A stretch of 64,000 nt of DNA from Vicinamibacterales bacterium (lineage in GTDB: Bacteria; Acidobacteriota; Vicinamibacteria; Vicinamibacterales; CAVVIG01): positions 3,167-67,166 of the forward strand of contig JBFXAT010000017.1 of the NCBI GenBank assembly GCA_050183995.1. The letters are read 5' to 3'. The position numbers and the translations under genes were made by a program. Positions 1 through 8,976 of the stretch are shown here, piece by piece (positions within the stretch are counted from its first letter, which is position 1; each line of letters starts with the position of its first letter). Below the pieces are notes generated by a model that saw only the letters and a program-made list of their open reading frames with translations, searched no databases and was not told the DNA's origin.

Positions 1-669
1 CATCCGATACCAGAACGCGACGGCGGCGAGCACGCCTTCGAAGACGGCCGTCACGATCGTCACCAGGGGAACGCCGTTGCGGCGCGTCCGCCAGGATCGT
101 ATCGCGACGGCGTTGATGGCCGGCACGCTGACAAAGGACGACCCGGGCGACACCGCGAAGCCGAGAGCGGAGGCGGCAATGAGGGCGCCGGCGTGGGCGA
201 GACGGATCTCGCAGCGTTCGAGGAGCCGAAGCGTGAAGTAGAGCAGGAGAGCCCCGATGAAGAAGTCCAGCGAGTACTGCTTCACGAAGAGGGTGTAGTG
301 TGCCAGCAGCGGATTCAACGCCGTGACCGCCGCACCGAGAAGCGCAAGGCCGTCGCTCTTCGTGAGACGGCGTACGACGGCGGCGATCACGGGAATGCTG
401 GCCAGGCCCGCCGCGAATGGGACGAGCTGCATCGACAGTTCCGGATCGTCGATCAGCAGGGAAGAGGCGGTGAGGAGCGCAAGGAATCCGGACGGAGCAT
501 GTGATGGAGCATGGAGGACCGCCCTCACGTCATGCGTTCTGGCGAACACCGCCCAAGCGAGATCGTCGTACCAGAGCGACTCGGGGTTCAGGCCGGAGGT
601 TCGGGCGACCGTGGTGCCGATGACGAGCAGAGCGAGCCCTGCCAGCAGCACGAGGGACGGTCGAGACAT
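1..669 (-). CDS. GT-C fold (PMT_2/ArnT-like) polytopic membrane glycosyltransferase, N-terminal 223 codons; 3' end runs off the window
   Basis: Not in the ORF track because it is open at the window edge. My translation of the minus strand from ATG at 669..667 gives MSRPSLVLLAGLALLVIGTTVARTSGLNPESLWYDDLAWAVF...NPLLAHYTLFVKQYSLDFF... TM1 is followed by an acidic DD loop motif, then several hydrophobic helices. Codons are GC3-rich and there is no stop down to position 1. Confidence 0.7.
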   Translation of the reverse strand, partial: MSRPSLVLLAGLALLVIGTTVARTSGLNPESLWYDDLAWAVFARTHDVRAVLHAPSHAPSGFLALLTASSLLIDDPELSMQLVPFAAGLASIPVIAAVVRRLTKSDGLALLGAAVTALNPLLAHYTLFVKQYSLDFFIGALLLYFTLRLLERCEIRLAHAGALIAASALGFAVSPGSSFVSVPAINAVAIRSWRTRRNGVPLVTIVTAVFEGVLAAVAFWYRM

Positions 670-960
670 TCCCTCGGTGGCACTATCCTGGGAGCGTTGT
701 GGAGAGTGCGACATCAGCACGTGTAGCCCGACGGAGAACCGCGTTGCGACGCTCCCGCCAGAGAACTTGAGGAGCGAGGAGCGAAAGGCGCGAGTAGGGC
801 CTTCATGCTAGCACAGGGCATGTGCAGTGTCAGGCTTTCTCCCACTCGTGATTGTGGTCCGCCTGTCACCTGTGGGAAGATCCCGGCCGCAGATCCAGAT
901 CGTGCTCCGGTCGACAACGGTCCAGACGACGAGGTACGGGATCGGTCCGGGCCGGTCCTG

Positions 961-2583
961 ATGGCGCAGCCGGTCAATTCGAGACATCTCTTGCGTCGGA
1001 CCAACCGCCGGAATCGACTGGGCACGAGGCTGTGGGAACGGATCGCGTCGTGGCCACGAGCGTGGCAATACGCGCTGCTCGCCGCGGCGGTCATCGGATC
1101 ACTGCCGCTGGTGACGATGAGGCTGTACGCCTCCGACGAAATCGAGTACTTCGCCTACCTGCGGTCGATGTGGTTCGACCGCGATCTCTCCTTCGACAAC
1201 GAGTACCACTACTTCTACGATCGGGGCATCGCGCATGGGGTCCGACCGCTCCCGGACGGCTCTGGTGTGATCGGTGGCCGATTCAGCGAGACGTTTCTCG
1301 AAGCGGAGACGCCGACAGGACGGCGGTTCAACTTCGCACCGGTTGGCACGGCGATCATGTGGACGCCGTTCTATGCCGCCGCTGATCTTGGAGTACGTAT
1401 CGCTCGAGCGCTCGGTGCCTCGGTACCGGCCGACGGTTTTTCGCAGCCGTACATCGCCGCGGTCACGTTGGGATCGGCGTTCTACGGCATCTTGGCGATC
1501 GTGCTGTCGACGATCGCCGTCCGTCAGGTCTTCGGAACAGGTGACCTCAGCGCCGCTGCGATTGGCGCGGGCACGCCGCTGCTGTTCTACACGTACATCG
1601 CCCCTGGCTACTCGCACGCCTGTTCGGCCGCGGTGGTGGCGGCCTTGGTCGTGGTGTGGCTGCGCGTTCGCCGCGACTGGGCTCCCCTGGGTGTCATCGC
1701 GCTCGGCGCGCTGGCGGCGCTGACGGGGATGGTGCGGGAGCAGGACGCGTTCATCGCGCTCGGACCCGCGATCGACTTCGCGACGACAGCGGTGCGATCG
1801 GTTCGGACTGGCAAGACGAAGCCGGCCCGTTGGATCCTGCACGTGGTCGCCGGAGTAGCGACGACGGCACTCTGCGTACTTCCGCAGGCCTTTACCTACC
1901 TCGCGCTGTACGGACGCCTTGGCCCTTCCACAGCGGTTGCCGAGAAGATGTCGTGGACGGCGCCCTACGTCTGGAAGCTCCTCGCGTCGACGGAGTACGG
2001 TGCGCTCTTCTGGTCGCCAATCCTCGTTCCGGCCTTCGCAGGACTCGCGCTGCTCGTCGCCGGCGCCTTCGACAGGGCGATTCCGGTTCATTCCGGCACC
2101 AATGGCACTCATCCCGCTACCAACGAAGCCCATCCCGCCATCGACGAGACCGGCCTGTCCGACACGCCGTGGATTTCCGACACACAGTGGATTGGTGTGA
2201 TCTGCGCCATCATGGTCGGCACGCAACTCTGGATCTCCGGCAGCGTGAGCAGCTGGACCGGCAGCGCGTTCGGACAGCGACGGTTGATCGGATTGACCGT
2301 GTGCCTGTCGATCGGACTCTCCGCCGCGTTCCGCGCGATCGCCGCCGGCTGTCGCCGACAGATCCTGCTGGTGGTCGTCTGCGTGTGCGTCTGGTGGAAT
2401 CTGGGCCTGGTGGCGCAATACGGCAGCGGCCTGATGGATCGGCAGCGGCTCGAGCTCGGCCGCAACGCGTACAACAACTTCGTGACGGTCCCAATTCGCT
2501 TGCCGCGGCTCGTCTATCGGTACGTGTTCGACCGGCCATCGTTCTACCGTGGTCCGGCCGGTCGGCCGACGTCGGGTCGCTGA
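961..2583 (+). CDS. polytopic membrane protein, GT-C-like putative glycosyltransferase
   Basis: ORF 805..2583. Start moved to ATG 961 (MAQPVNSRHLL...). TM1 is followed by SDEIEYFAYLRS, which resembles the DE loop motif of PMT/GT39 enzymes. At least 10 hydrophobic segments. Ends 6 nt before the next GT4 gene. Confidence 0.6.
   Translation: MAQPVNSRHLLRRTNRRNRLGTRLWERIASWPRAWQYALLAAAVIGSLPLVTMRLYASDEIEYFAYLRSMWFDRDLSFDNEYHYFYDRGIAHGVRPLPDGSGVIGGRFSETFLEAETPTGRRFNFAPVGTAIMWTPFYAAADLGVRIARALGASVPADGFSQPYIAAVTLGSAFYGILAIVLSTIAVRQVFGTGDLSAAAIGAGTPLLFYTYIAPGYSHACSAAVVAALVVVWLRVRRDWAPLGVIALGALAALTGMVREQDAFIALGPAIDFATTAVRSVRTGKTKPARWILHVVAGVATTALCVLPQAFTYLALYGRLGPSTAVAEKMSWTAPYVWKLLASTEYGALFWSPILVPAFAGLALLVAGAFDRAIPVHSGTNGTHPATNEAHPAIDETGLSDTPWISDTQWIGVICAIMVGTQLWISGSVSSWTGSAFGQRRLIGLTVCLSIGLSAAFRAIAAGCRRQILLVVVCVCVWWNLGLVAQYGSGLMDRQRLELGRNAYNNFVTVPIRLPRLVYRYVFDRPSFYRGPAGRPTSGR
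2158..2193 (+). repeat. in-frame 18-bp tandem duplication (SDTPWI/SDTQWI) inside the 961..2583 CDS
   Basis: tccgacacgccgtggatt (2158..2175) is followed directly by tccgacacacagtggatt (2176..2193), 16/18 identical. It lies in a low-complexity loop (HPATNEAHPAIDE...). Confidence 0.8.
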
Positions 2584-2589
2584 GCGGCC

Positions 2590-3759
2590 GTGCCGATGCG
2601 GATCCTCTACACGGCCATCGATCAGGCGGTCCCCTCGTCGCACGGGGGCGCCGTCCACGTGACCGCGGTCGCCGAGGGGCTCGCCGCGCTCGGACACGAC
2701 ATGCACGTGCTCGTGTCGCCTGGAGAGGGTAGCTCCTCCGACGCCGTTCATTGGGCGTCCATGCCTCCCCCGTTTGGCCTGCGACAGCTGCGCCTGGCGC
2801 GTGCGCCCGCGGTGATCCGGCGGGCCCGCAAGATTCAGCCCGACGTCGTCATGGAGCGCTACTACAACTTCGGCGGCGAGGGGCTGCTCGCCGCGCGCCG
2901 CGTGGGAGCGATCGCCGTCCTCGAGGTGAACGCGCCGGTCGTCGACTACCCTGGATCACTCAAGGCTCGGCTCGACAGGCTCCTGCTGGCGCGGCCGCTC
3001 GAGCGTTGGCGCAACTGGCAGTGCCGTGCGAGCGACCTGATCGTCACGCCGACGGCGAAGATCCTGCCGCTCGACGTCGTCAGGGGCCGGATCCTCGAGG
3101 CCGAGTGGGGTGGTGACGTCGAGCGCTTCAGGCCGGACGTCGTCGGGCCGGTTCCCTTTCGCCGCGACGCCGGGGAGAGCATCGTGGTGTTTGTCGGGGC
3201 GTTCCGCGCGTGGCACGGCGCGGCCCAGCTCGTCGAGGCCGTGCGGCAATTGCGCGCGCGCGGGCGGTCCGACATCAAGGTCGTGTTGATCGGCTCCGGC
3301 CCCGAGTTCGCGGCCGTCAGCGCGGCGGCGGCGGGCATCCCGGGTATTGTTTTGACCGGTGCGCTGAAGCACGACGCGGTTCCGGCGTGCCTGGCGGCTG
3401 CCGACGTCGGCGTCGCGCCGTTCGACGTCTCCCGGCATCCGGCACTGGCGCTCGACTTCTTCTGGTCCCCGCTGAAGATCTTCGAGTACATGGCGTCCGG
3501 GCTTCCCGTCGTCGTGCCGCGGATTCCCCGGATGGCCCAGATCGTCCGGGATGGCCTGGAGGGATTTCTCTACGACGCAGGCGACCCCGGGGCGCTCTCG
3601 GCGGCCATCGAGCGCGCGGTCGACGCCGCGGGGCGCGTGCGCATCGGGGCGGCGGCGCGCGCACGCGTGGTCGAGCACTTCAGCTGGCAGGGGCACTGCG
3701 TCGCCCTCGATGCGGCGATCCGCGCCGCTGCCGGGGCGAAGCGATGTGCTTCGCGGTGA
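2590..3759 (+). CDS. GT4-family (GT-B fold) glycosyltransferase
   Basis: N-terminus RILYTAIDQAVPSSHGGAVHV...LGHDMHVL. C-terminal Glycos_transf_1-like region with E-x7-E-type motif (LKIFEYMASGLPVVVP). ATG at 2596 is an alternative start. Confidence 0.8.
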   Translation: MPMRILYTAIDQAVPSSHGGAVHVTAVAEGLAALGHDMHVLVSPGEGSSSDAVHWASMPPPFGLRQLRLARAPAVIRRARKIQPDVVMERYYNFGGEGLLAARRVGAIAVLEVNAPVVDYPGSLKARLDRLLLARPLERWRNWQCRASDLIVTPTAKILPLDVVRGRILEAEWGGDVERFRPDVVGPVPFRRDAGESIVVFVGAFRAWHGAAQLVEAVRQLRARGRSDIKVVLIGSGPEFAAVSAAAAGIPGIVLTGALKHDAVPACLAAADVGVAPFDVSRHPALALDFFWSPLKIFEYMASGLPVVVPRIPRMAQIVRDGLEGFLYDAGDPGALSAAIERAVDAAGRVRIGAAARARVVEHFSWQGHCVALDAAIRAAAGAKRCASR

Positions 3760-3769
3760 GCGGCCGGGC

Positions 3770-5014
3770 ATGAGGATCCTGATCGTGACCGACGCGTTTC
3801 CGCCGACGTGCGGCGGCAGCGGTTGGAGCACCTACGAGCTCACTCGCGGCCTGCGTCAGCGCGGGCACTACGCAGTCGTCGTGCAGCCGACCGCGGATGG
3901 ACGGCCGTGGGCCTACGACGGCATCGATGTCACGGCGTTCCCGGCGCCGGCACCATCGCTCCCGTTCGTGAGGAACTACGCGCGCAACGAGCGGCTCTAC
4001 CCGAAGCTCGATCGGTTCCTGCGCGACGTCATCGCGCGCGAGCGCATCGACATCGTGCACGGACAGCACGTGCTGTCCGGGCCCGCGGCGATCGGCGCGG
4101 CCCGCGCCTCGGGCATCCCCGCGGTCTGCACCGTGCGGGACTACTGGCCAGTGTGCTACTGGGGCGATCTGCTGCGTCGCGACACGGACGCGCCGATCTG
4201 CCCGCAGTGCAGCGCTCGCGCGATGGTCTCGTGCCTGCCGCTGCATGCCGGCGGCGCGTGGCCCCTGACGTTGCCCGCCATTCCGTATATGCGATCCAAT
4301 CTCCGCATGAAGCAGGCGACGCTCGCCCAGGCGGACGCGGTGATCGCGGTCAGCCGCAGCGTCGAAGCCGATCTGCGGGCGCGCGCTCCGGAACTGGCGC
4401 GGACACGGGTCGAGGCCATTCCGAACGCGGTCGACGTTCGACGTATCCGGGTCGCCGCGGGTCGCGAAGGGCCGCCCGCGGAGCATCCGTACGCGCTGTT
4501 CATCGGCAAGCTCACGCGCAACAAGGGGGCCCGTCTGCTCGTGGAGGTCATCCAGCGCGCGGCGTTGACCATGCCGCTCGTGGTGGCCGGCGACGGCCCC
4601 GATCGAACGGCACTGCTGCAAGCCGCCGCCGCGGCAGGGCGGGACGTGCGCGTGCTCGGCTGGCGCGATCGGGACGAGGTGTTCCGCTGGCTGGCGCACG
4701 CCCAGCTCCTGGTATTCCCGTCGGTGTGGAAGGAACCGCTCAGCAGAGTGCTGCTCGAAGCGAGCGCATTGGGAGTGCCGATGGCCGCAATGGACACGGG
4801 CGGCACGTCTGACATCATCGTGCACGGCGAGACGGGCCTGCTGTCGCAGTCCGCGGAAGCGCTCGCGTCTGACGTGACGCGCCTGAGCGCCGACGAGGCA
4901 TTGCGCGCCACGCTGCGAGCCGGCGCCGCGCGCCGCGCCGAGGCCCTGTTCGACATCGGCGTGGTCGTGAAACGAATGGAGCGGCTCTACACCGAGCTCA
5001 TCGGCCTGCGCTGA
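3770..5014 (+). CDS. GT4-family glycosyltransferase
   Basis: C-terminal part of ORF 3551..5014, with start set at in-frame ATG 3770 (MRILIVTDAFPPTCGGSGWSTYEL). C-terminal motif VFPSVWKEPLSRVLLEASALGVPMAAMDTGG...GETGLL. Confidence 0.8.
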   Translation: MRILIVTDAFPPTCGGSGWSTYELTRGLRQRGHYAVVVQPTADGRPWAYDGIDVTAFPAPAPSLPFVRNYARNERLYPKLDRFLRDVIARERIDIVHGQHVLSGPAAIGAARASGIPAVCTVRDYWPVCYWGDLLRRDTDAPICPQCSARAMVSCLPLHAGGAWPLTLPAIPYMRSNLRMKQATLAQADAVIAVSRSVEADLRARAPELARTRVEAIPNAVDVRRIRVAAGREGPPAEHPYALFIGKLTRNKGARLLVEVIQRAALTMPLVVAGDGPDRTALLQAAAAAGRDVRVLGWRDRDEVFRWLAHAQLLVFPSVWKEPLSRVLLEASALGVPMAAMDTGGTSDIIVHGETGLLSQSAEALASDVTRLSADEALRATLRAGAARRAEALFDIGVVVKRMERLYTELIGLR

Positions 5015-5106
5015 CGTCCGGCGTTTCCCGGGTTCCAGCGGTGCCTCGTGAGACTCCGTATCGCCTGCGCGCGCGGCAGGTCGACCCGTCTTTTAACGGA
5101 CTTCTT

Positions 5107-7623
5107 TCAGCGGACTTCGACCCGATCGAGCACGACACCGAGATCGCGCGTATCCCCACCGCCGATGGTACGCGCGGGGTTCCACGTCCGGGTGTCGAGG
5201 CGGAGGACGGCGGCGCCGTCCTGGCGCGCGAGCGCGGCTGCCAGGTCTGCGGGAATGTCGAAGCGATACGGCTCGATTCCCCCCCGAACGGTCACCGTGC
5301 CCAGTTGGCGATCACCAAGCGTCACGGCGATCCCCGCCGGCTCCGCGGTCGGCGGTCGCCCTCCTTGGCCCATCCAGATCGTCAGGGTGCGATGCTCCGC
5401 GCGGATGCCGACGAGCGAGAGGAACGAGACGTCACGCGTCCAACGCGACGTCAGCCCACCCGAGGTGGTCTCCTTGGCGTGGAAGCGCCGCACGTAGAGG
5501 TCGTCGGCGGATCCGACGTCGATGTCGATCGTCGCCCCGTTCACCGGCTGCGGGAGGAGCTCGTACACGCTGAGGTCGAACTCCTTGTGCCGGACGCGTT
5601 GCGGAAAGGCGTTGACGGGCGATTCGAATTCGGGAATCTGAAACCGTTCGCCGCGGACCGGGACAGCGCTCATGGATCGCGACAGGAGCTCGGTGCCGCC
5701 GCCTCCGCCGCCGACGAAGAAGACCCGGCGATAACGCCCGAGCGCCCACCCGAGGAACTCGCGGAAGACCTCCTTCGGCGGGTCTGTCTGCGCGAATACG
5801 AGCACGTTCCGTGCGTAGATGTACGCCAGCGGGAGCGCGAGCACGTGCGAGTCCGAAGCCCCTCTGGCTTCGAACACGACGAGGTCGTCGTCGCCGAACG
5901 TGGCCGCGAGCGCCTCCATGTGCGGAATGAGCGTCGCGTATTCGACGTGGCGCATGATCGGCCGTGACGCCTCGTGGAACGACTGCGCAAGGATCGCGAT
6001 CAGCGCGACACCGGCCAGCCGTCGCCACATGCGGGCGCGCGCCGTGTCGAAGCGGCGCCAGATGCCGGCCGCCGAGGCGGGCACCGGGGCGAATGCCGCG
6101 GCCCCGACGAACAGGAGCATGCCTGGCAGGATCACGGCCAGGAACCGGCGCGCCGCCCAGAAGTGTTCTGGGATGATCCGGATCTTGTAGAAGAAGACGA
6201 CCGAAAACGCCGCGACGAGAATCGCGAAGGTCGACGCCTGCCGTCGCGTCCAGACGATGAACACGAAGCCCGCCAGGGCCGCGGTCACACCGATGGGGGT
6301 GACGTAGAACGCCGCAAAGTCGCGCAGGCTGTTGGCGTCGTGCGGCGCGAGCCGGCCCGCGGGTGTGCGAACGAAATACGCGTACGCGGCGAGGCCGCAC
6401 ACGGCGAGGGTCAGAGCGGCGGTCACGGGCAGGAATCGTCGATCTGGTGCCAGACGCCGAGAGGCAAGCAGGGTGAAAAGCCCCACCGCGGCGAGACCAG
6501 CGATCCCGGCCACTTGTGGACCGTTGAGACTGGCGATGAATTCCGCCGGCACGTTGAAGTACGGCGGGATGTAGCGCCAGAGGAACACGAGCGCCACAAC
6601 GGTGCCGAGCGCCAGCAGGAGCCAGAATGCCGACCGTATGCGGTAGCCGTAGAGCGCCACGTCGACGGCCGCGCCCGCGGCAATCGCCAGCATCACGAAG
6701 ATGCCGGTGATGTGCGTGAGCGCGCCAAGAGTGAAGAGGAGCGCGGCGACAGGCGCGAAAAACGGCATGTCGTCGTGGACGGCCCTGGAGTACGCGAGGA
6801 CGCCGGCGAACACGAGAGGCTGCAGCAGGATCTCGGCGCTCGGATAGCGCGCGTACCACAGCTGTGCGACGTTCAGCGCCAGTAGCCCGGCGCCGGCCGC
6901 GGCGGCGGCCCGACCAAGAAGGCGGACGCCGGCCATGTACACGGCGACGACGCCGAAGACGGCGCAGAACACGGGAACGTATCGCGCACCACTCAGGCCG
7001 TTGAGTCCGTACGCGAGGGCCACCCACGACGAGAAGCCCGCCGGGAACTGCGCGACGACGGTTCCGGGCGTCGGGTCGAGCAGGAAGAACCCCATGAAGC
7101 GGCTGCTGTAGTAGCCCGCTTCAGTCGTCCTGGCGAAGAAGAGATCACGAAACACGGCCGGCAGCGTCTGGACGCTCTGGTCCTGCACGACGATGCCGCC
7201 GCGCTGCGCGATGCGGATACCCGCGTTCACGTACACGCCAGGGTCCTTGCCGCCCATGACGTATTCCGCCGGCGGCACGACTGAGAACACATACGCGGAC
7301 CCGGCGAGGAGCAGGAGCGGGACGGCCATCGACCATGTCGGCGGGACCGCGGCCGCGCCGAAGCGAAGTCGGCTCCGGAAGACAAGGAGGACGGCGACGA
7401 CCACTGTGGCGTCGATCCAGAGGACGCGAGAGAACGTGTATCGATTCGCGGTCGCCAGGGCGAGCGCGGCCATCGTGGACAGAAGGACGCTCAGCGCGAT
7501 CGACCAGAACGCGCGTTCCTCGGCCGGAAGGCCGGCGCGGGCCGACACCCGCGCTGTGGGAATTCGGAGGATGACCGCGCCAGGCACGAAGCCGAGGAGC
7601 AGTGCCTGCAGGATTGACGTCAC
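5107..7623 (-). CDS. 838-aa polytopic GT-C-like membrane protein with a soluble C-terminal domain of about 230 aa
   Basis: GTG start overlaps the stop of the upstream GT4 (GTGA). TM1 is followed by a GGKDPGVYVNAG loop, then many hydrophobic helices up to about residue 600. A non-membrane tail follows (FFVGGGGGGTELL...DIDVGSADDLYVRRFHAKE...). Confidence 0.55.
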   Translation of the reverse strand: MTSILQALLLGFVPGAVILRIPTARVSARAGLPAEERAFWSIALSVLLSTMAALALATANRYTFSRVLWIDATVVVAVLLVFRSRLRFGAAAVPPTWSMAVPLLLLAGSAYVFSVVPPAEYVMGGKDPGVYVNAGIRIAQRGGIVVQDQSVQTLPAVFRDLFFARTTEAGYYSSRFMGFFLLDPTPGTVVAQFPAGFSSWVALAYGLNGLSGARYVPVFCAVFGVVAVYMAGVRLLGRAAAAAGAGLLALNVAQLWYARYPSAEILLQPLVFAGVLAYSRAVHDDMPFFAPVAALLFTLGALTHITGIFVMLAIAAGAAVDVALYGYRIRSAFWLLLALGTVVALVFLWRYIPPYFNVPAEFIASLNGPQVAGIAGLAAVGLFTLLASRRLAPDRRFLPVTAALTLAVCGLAAYAYFVRTPAGRLAPHDANSLRDFAAFYVTPIGVTAALAGFVFIVWTRRQASTFAILVAAFSVVFFYKIRIIPEHFWAARRFLAVILPGMLLFVGAAAFAPVPASAAGIWRRFDTARARMWRRLAGVALIAILAQSFHEASRPIMRHVEYATLIPHMEALAATFGDDDLVVFEARGASDSHVLALPLAYIYARNVLVFAQTDPPKEVFREFLGWALGRYRRVFFVGGGGGGTELLSRSMSAVPVRGERFQIPEFESPVNAFPQRVRHKEFDLSVYELLPQPVNGATIDIDVGSADDLYVRRFHAKETTSGGLTSRWTRDVSFLSLVGIRAEHRTLTIWMGQGGRPPTAEPAGIAVTLGDRQLGTVTVRGGIEPYRFDIPADLAAALARQDGAAVLRLDTRTWNPARTIGGGDTRDLGVVLDRVEVR

Positions 7624-8867
7624 GACTGCGGCGCCCCGGCTCGCGTCGTTGGTGTAGCCATCGCCCGGTAGATGGCGTCGAACGATCTGGCGACCCGATC
7701 CCAGCTGTGATCGCGGCAGGCGACGGCGCGCGCGCGCGCGCCGATCTCCGACGCGAGCGAGGGACGACGCAGCAGGTCCGCGATCGTCCCGGCGAGGGCG
7801 TCCGCATCGCGTTCGGGGACCACACGCGCCGTGACACCGTCTTCGACCACGGCGCCGATCCCGCCGGCGGTGGTCGCGACCAGGGGGGTCGCCGACGCCA
7901 TGATCTCCATCACCGTATTCGGAAGCCCGTCCACGTTCCCCGCATCGTCGCGAACGGATGGCACGACGGCGACGTCCGCCGCCGAGAGGAGGGCGGGCAC
8001 CTCGTCGTGTGGGACGTTGCCCAGGAACGTGACCCGCGGGGCAACGCCGATCGACGCCGCTCGCTCCCGCAACGCCGGCTCGAGGTCGCCCGTGCCGCCG
8101 ATCAGGAGCCGCAGTCCGGGGAATTCACGTGAAAGCTGCGGGACCGCGTCGATGAGATGAACGAACCCCTTCTTCTCGACCAGCCGGCCGAGAGTGAACA
8201 GGATCGGTGCGTCCGGCGGGATTCCGAGACGCGTGCGGGTGTCGGTCCCAAGCGCGGCAGAACGGTTGAATCGAGCCGTGTCCACGCCGTACGGAATCAC
8301 GGTCGTGCGATCCGGATGGGCACCGAGTCGCACGGCGCGATCGCGCAGGTCGGCGCTGCAGGCGGTGACCCAGGCAGCCCGCGAGAAGGCGGCTCGCGCC
8401 GCGGTTCCGGCTAGCCTGTGCCGCTCCGCCACGAACACGTCCGAGCCGTGCAGGCTGATGAGCAGCGGCCGCCGGCCCGCGGCTGCGGCACCCACGACAC
8501 CGCCGGGAATCACCCAGTGCGCGTGCACGAGCGCGGATCGGGTGCGGCGAACGACACGCCGCGTTTCGCGCCATCCCGCGGCCAGGGCCAGCGGCGCGAC
8601 GGCGACCGCCGACAGGCGTAGGCGGACGTCAGCCCGCATCGATGTGGCGTAGCCGAACGTGTTCAAGCCCTCGGTCGGCGCATATCGATAAAGGTGAAAG
8701 GTCAGCCTCCCGTCTCGCGCGCTCCGATTCCACCGGGGCGTCCACGGGGCGACGATGTGCACGTCGTGACCGAGGGAAGCGATGCCCGTGGCGATGGGCT
8801 CCATGAAGGTCGCGATCGTGTCGCCGGGGAACCTCGGGTATGAGCTGGTGACGAACGTCACGGTCAC
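7620..8867 (-). CDS. GT4-family glycosyltransferase
   Basis: C-terminal part of ORF 7620..9206. Start set at GTG 8867 (VTVTFVTSSYPRFPGDTIATFMEPIATGIASLGHDVHIVAP), or at GTG 8861. C-terminal motif VVPSVRDDAGNVDGLPNTVMEIMASATPLVAT. Confidence 0.8.
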   Translation of the reverse strand: MTVTFVTSSYPRFPGDTIATFMEPIATGIASLGHDVHIVAPWTPRWNRSARDGRLTFHLYRYAPTEGLNTFGYATSMRADVRLRLSAVAVAPLALAAGWRETRRVVRRTRSALVHAHWVIPGGVVGAAAAGRRPLLISLHGSDVFVAERHRLAGTAARAAFSRAAWVTACSADLRDRAVRLGAHPDRTTVIPYGVDTARFNRSAALGTDTRTRLGIPPDAPILFTLGRLVEKKGFVHLIDAVPQLSREFPGLRLLIGGTGDLEPALRERAASIGVAPRVTFLGNVPHDEVPALLSAADVAVVPSVRDDAGNVDGLPNTVMEIMASATPLVATTAGGIGAVVEDGVTARVVPERDADALAGTIADLLRRPSLASEIGARARAVACRDHSWDRVARSFDAIYRAMATPTTRAGAPQS

Positions 8868-8945
8868 GAGCGCTGAGCCTCTCGATCTCTCGATGGAGCC
8901 TGACACGGAATGGGCCGCGGCCCCTGGCGTGGAGGACGGAGCCGG

Positions 8946-8957
8946 CATTGTACAATG
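8946..8957. promoter_or_regulatory. perfect 12-bp palindrome CATTGTACAATG in the divergent GT4/GT4 intergenic region, presenting TACAAT on both strands
   Basis: Read directly. It is its own reverse complement. It sits 20 nt upstream of ATG 8977 and 79 nt upstream of GTG 8867. Confidence 0.4.
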
Positions 8958-8976
8958 GGCCCCTTTAGCCCTGCCG

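Noticed and set aside
670-960. Possible small gene or RNA in the 291-nt divergent spacer at the start of the glycan locus (track ORFs 714..1094(-), 805.. and 852..)
   Set aside because: The ORFs there have shadow composition and no motifs. I saw only short palindromes (TGCTAGCA; CATGC...GCATG). It is most simply a divergent promoter region, and I could not define the promoters.
1099-2751. 550-aa ORF antisense to the 961..2583 membrane protein. Many similar long ORFs occur elsewhere, e.g. 18382..21126(-), 21129..22796(-), 25537..26955(-), 33343..36003(-), 36007..38115(-), 37634..39832(-), 40447..42198(-), 47607..49460(-) and 59335..60687(-).
   Set aside because: They are Arg/Pro/Gly/His-rich with no recognisable motifs. 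Each lies opposite a gene whose product has clear family signatures. These are typical shadow ORFs of a high-GC genome, where stop codons are rare in all frames.
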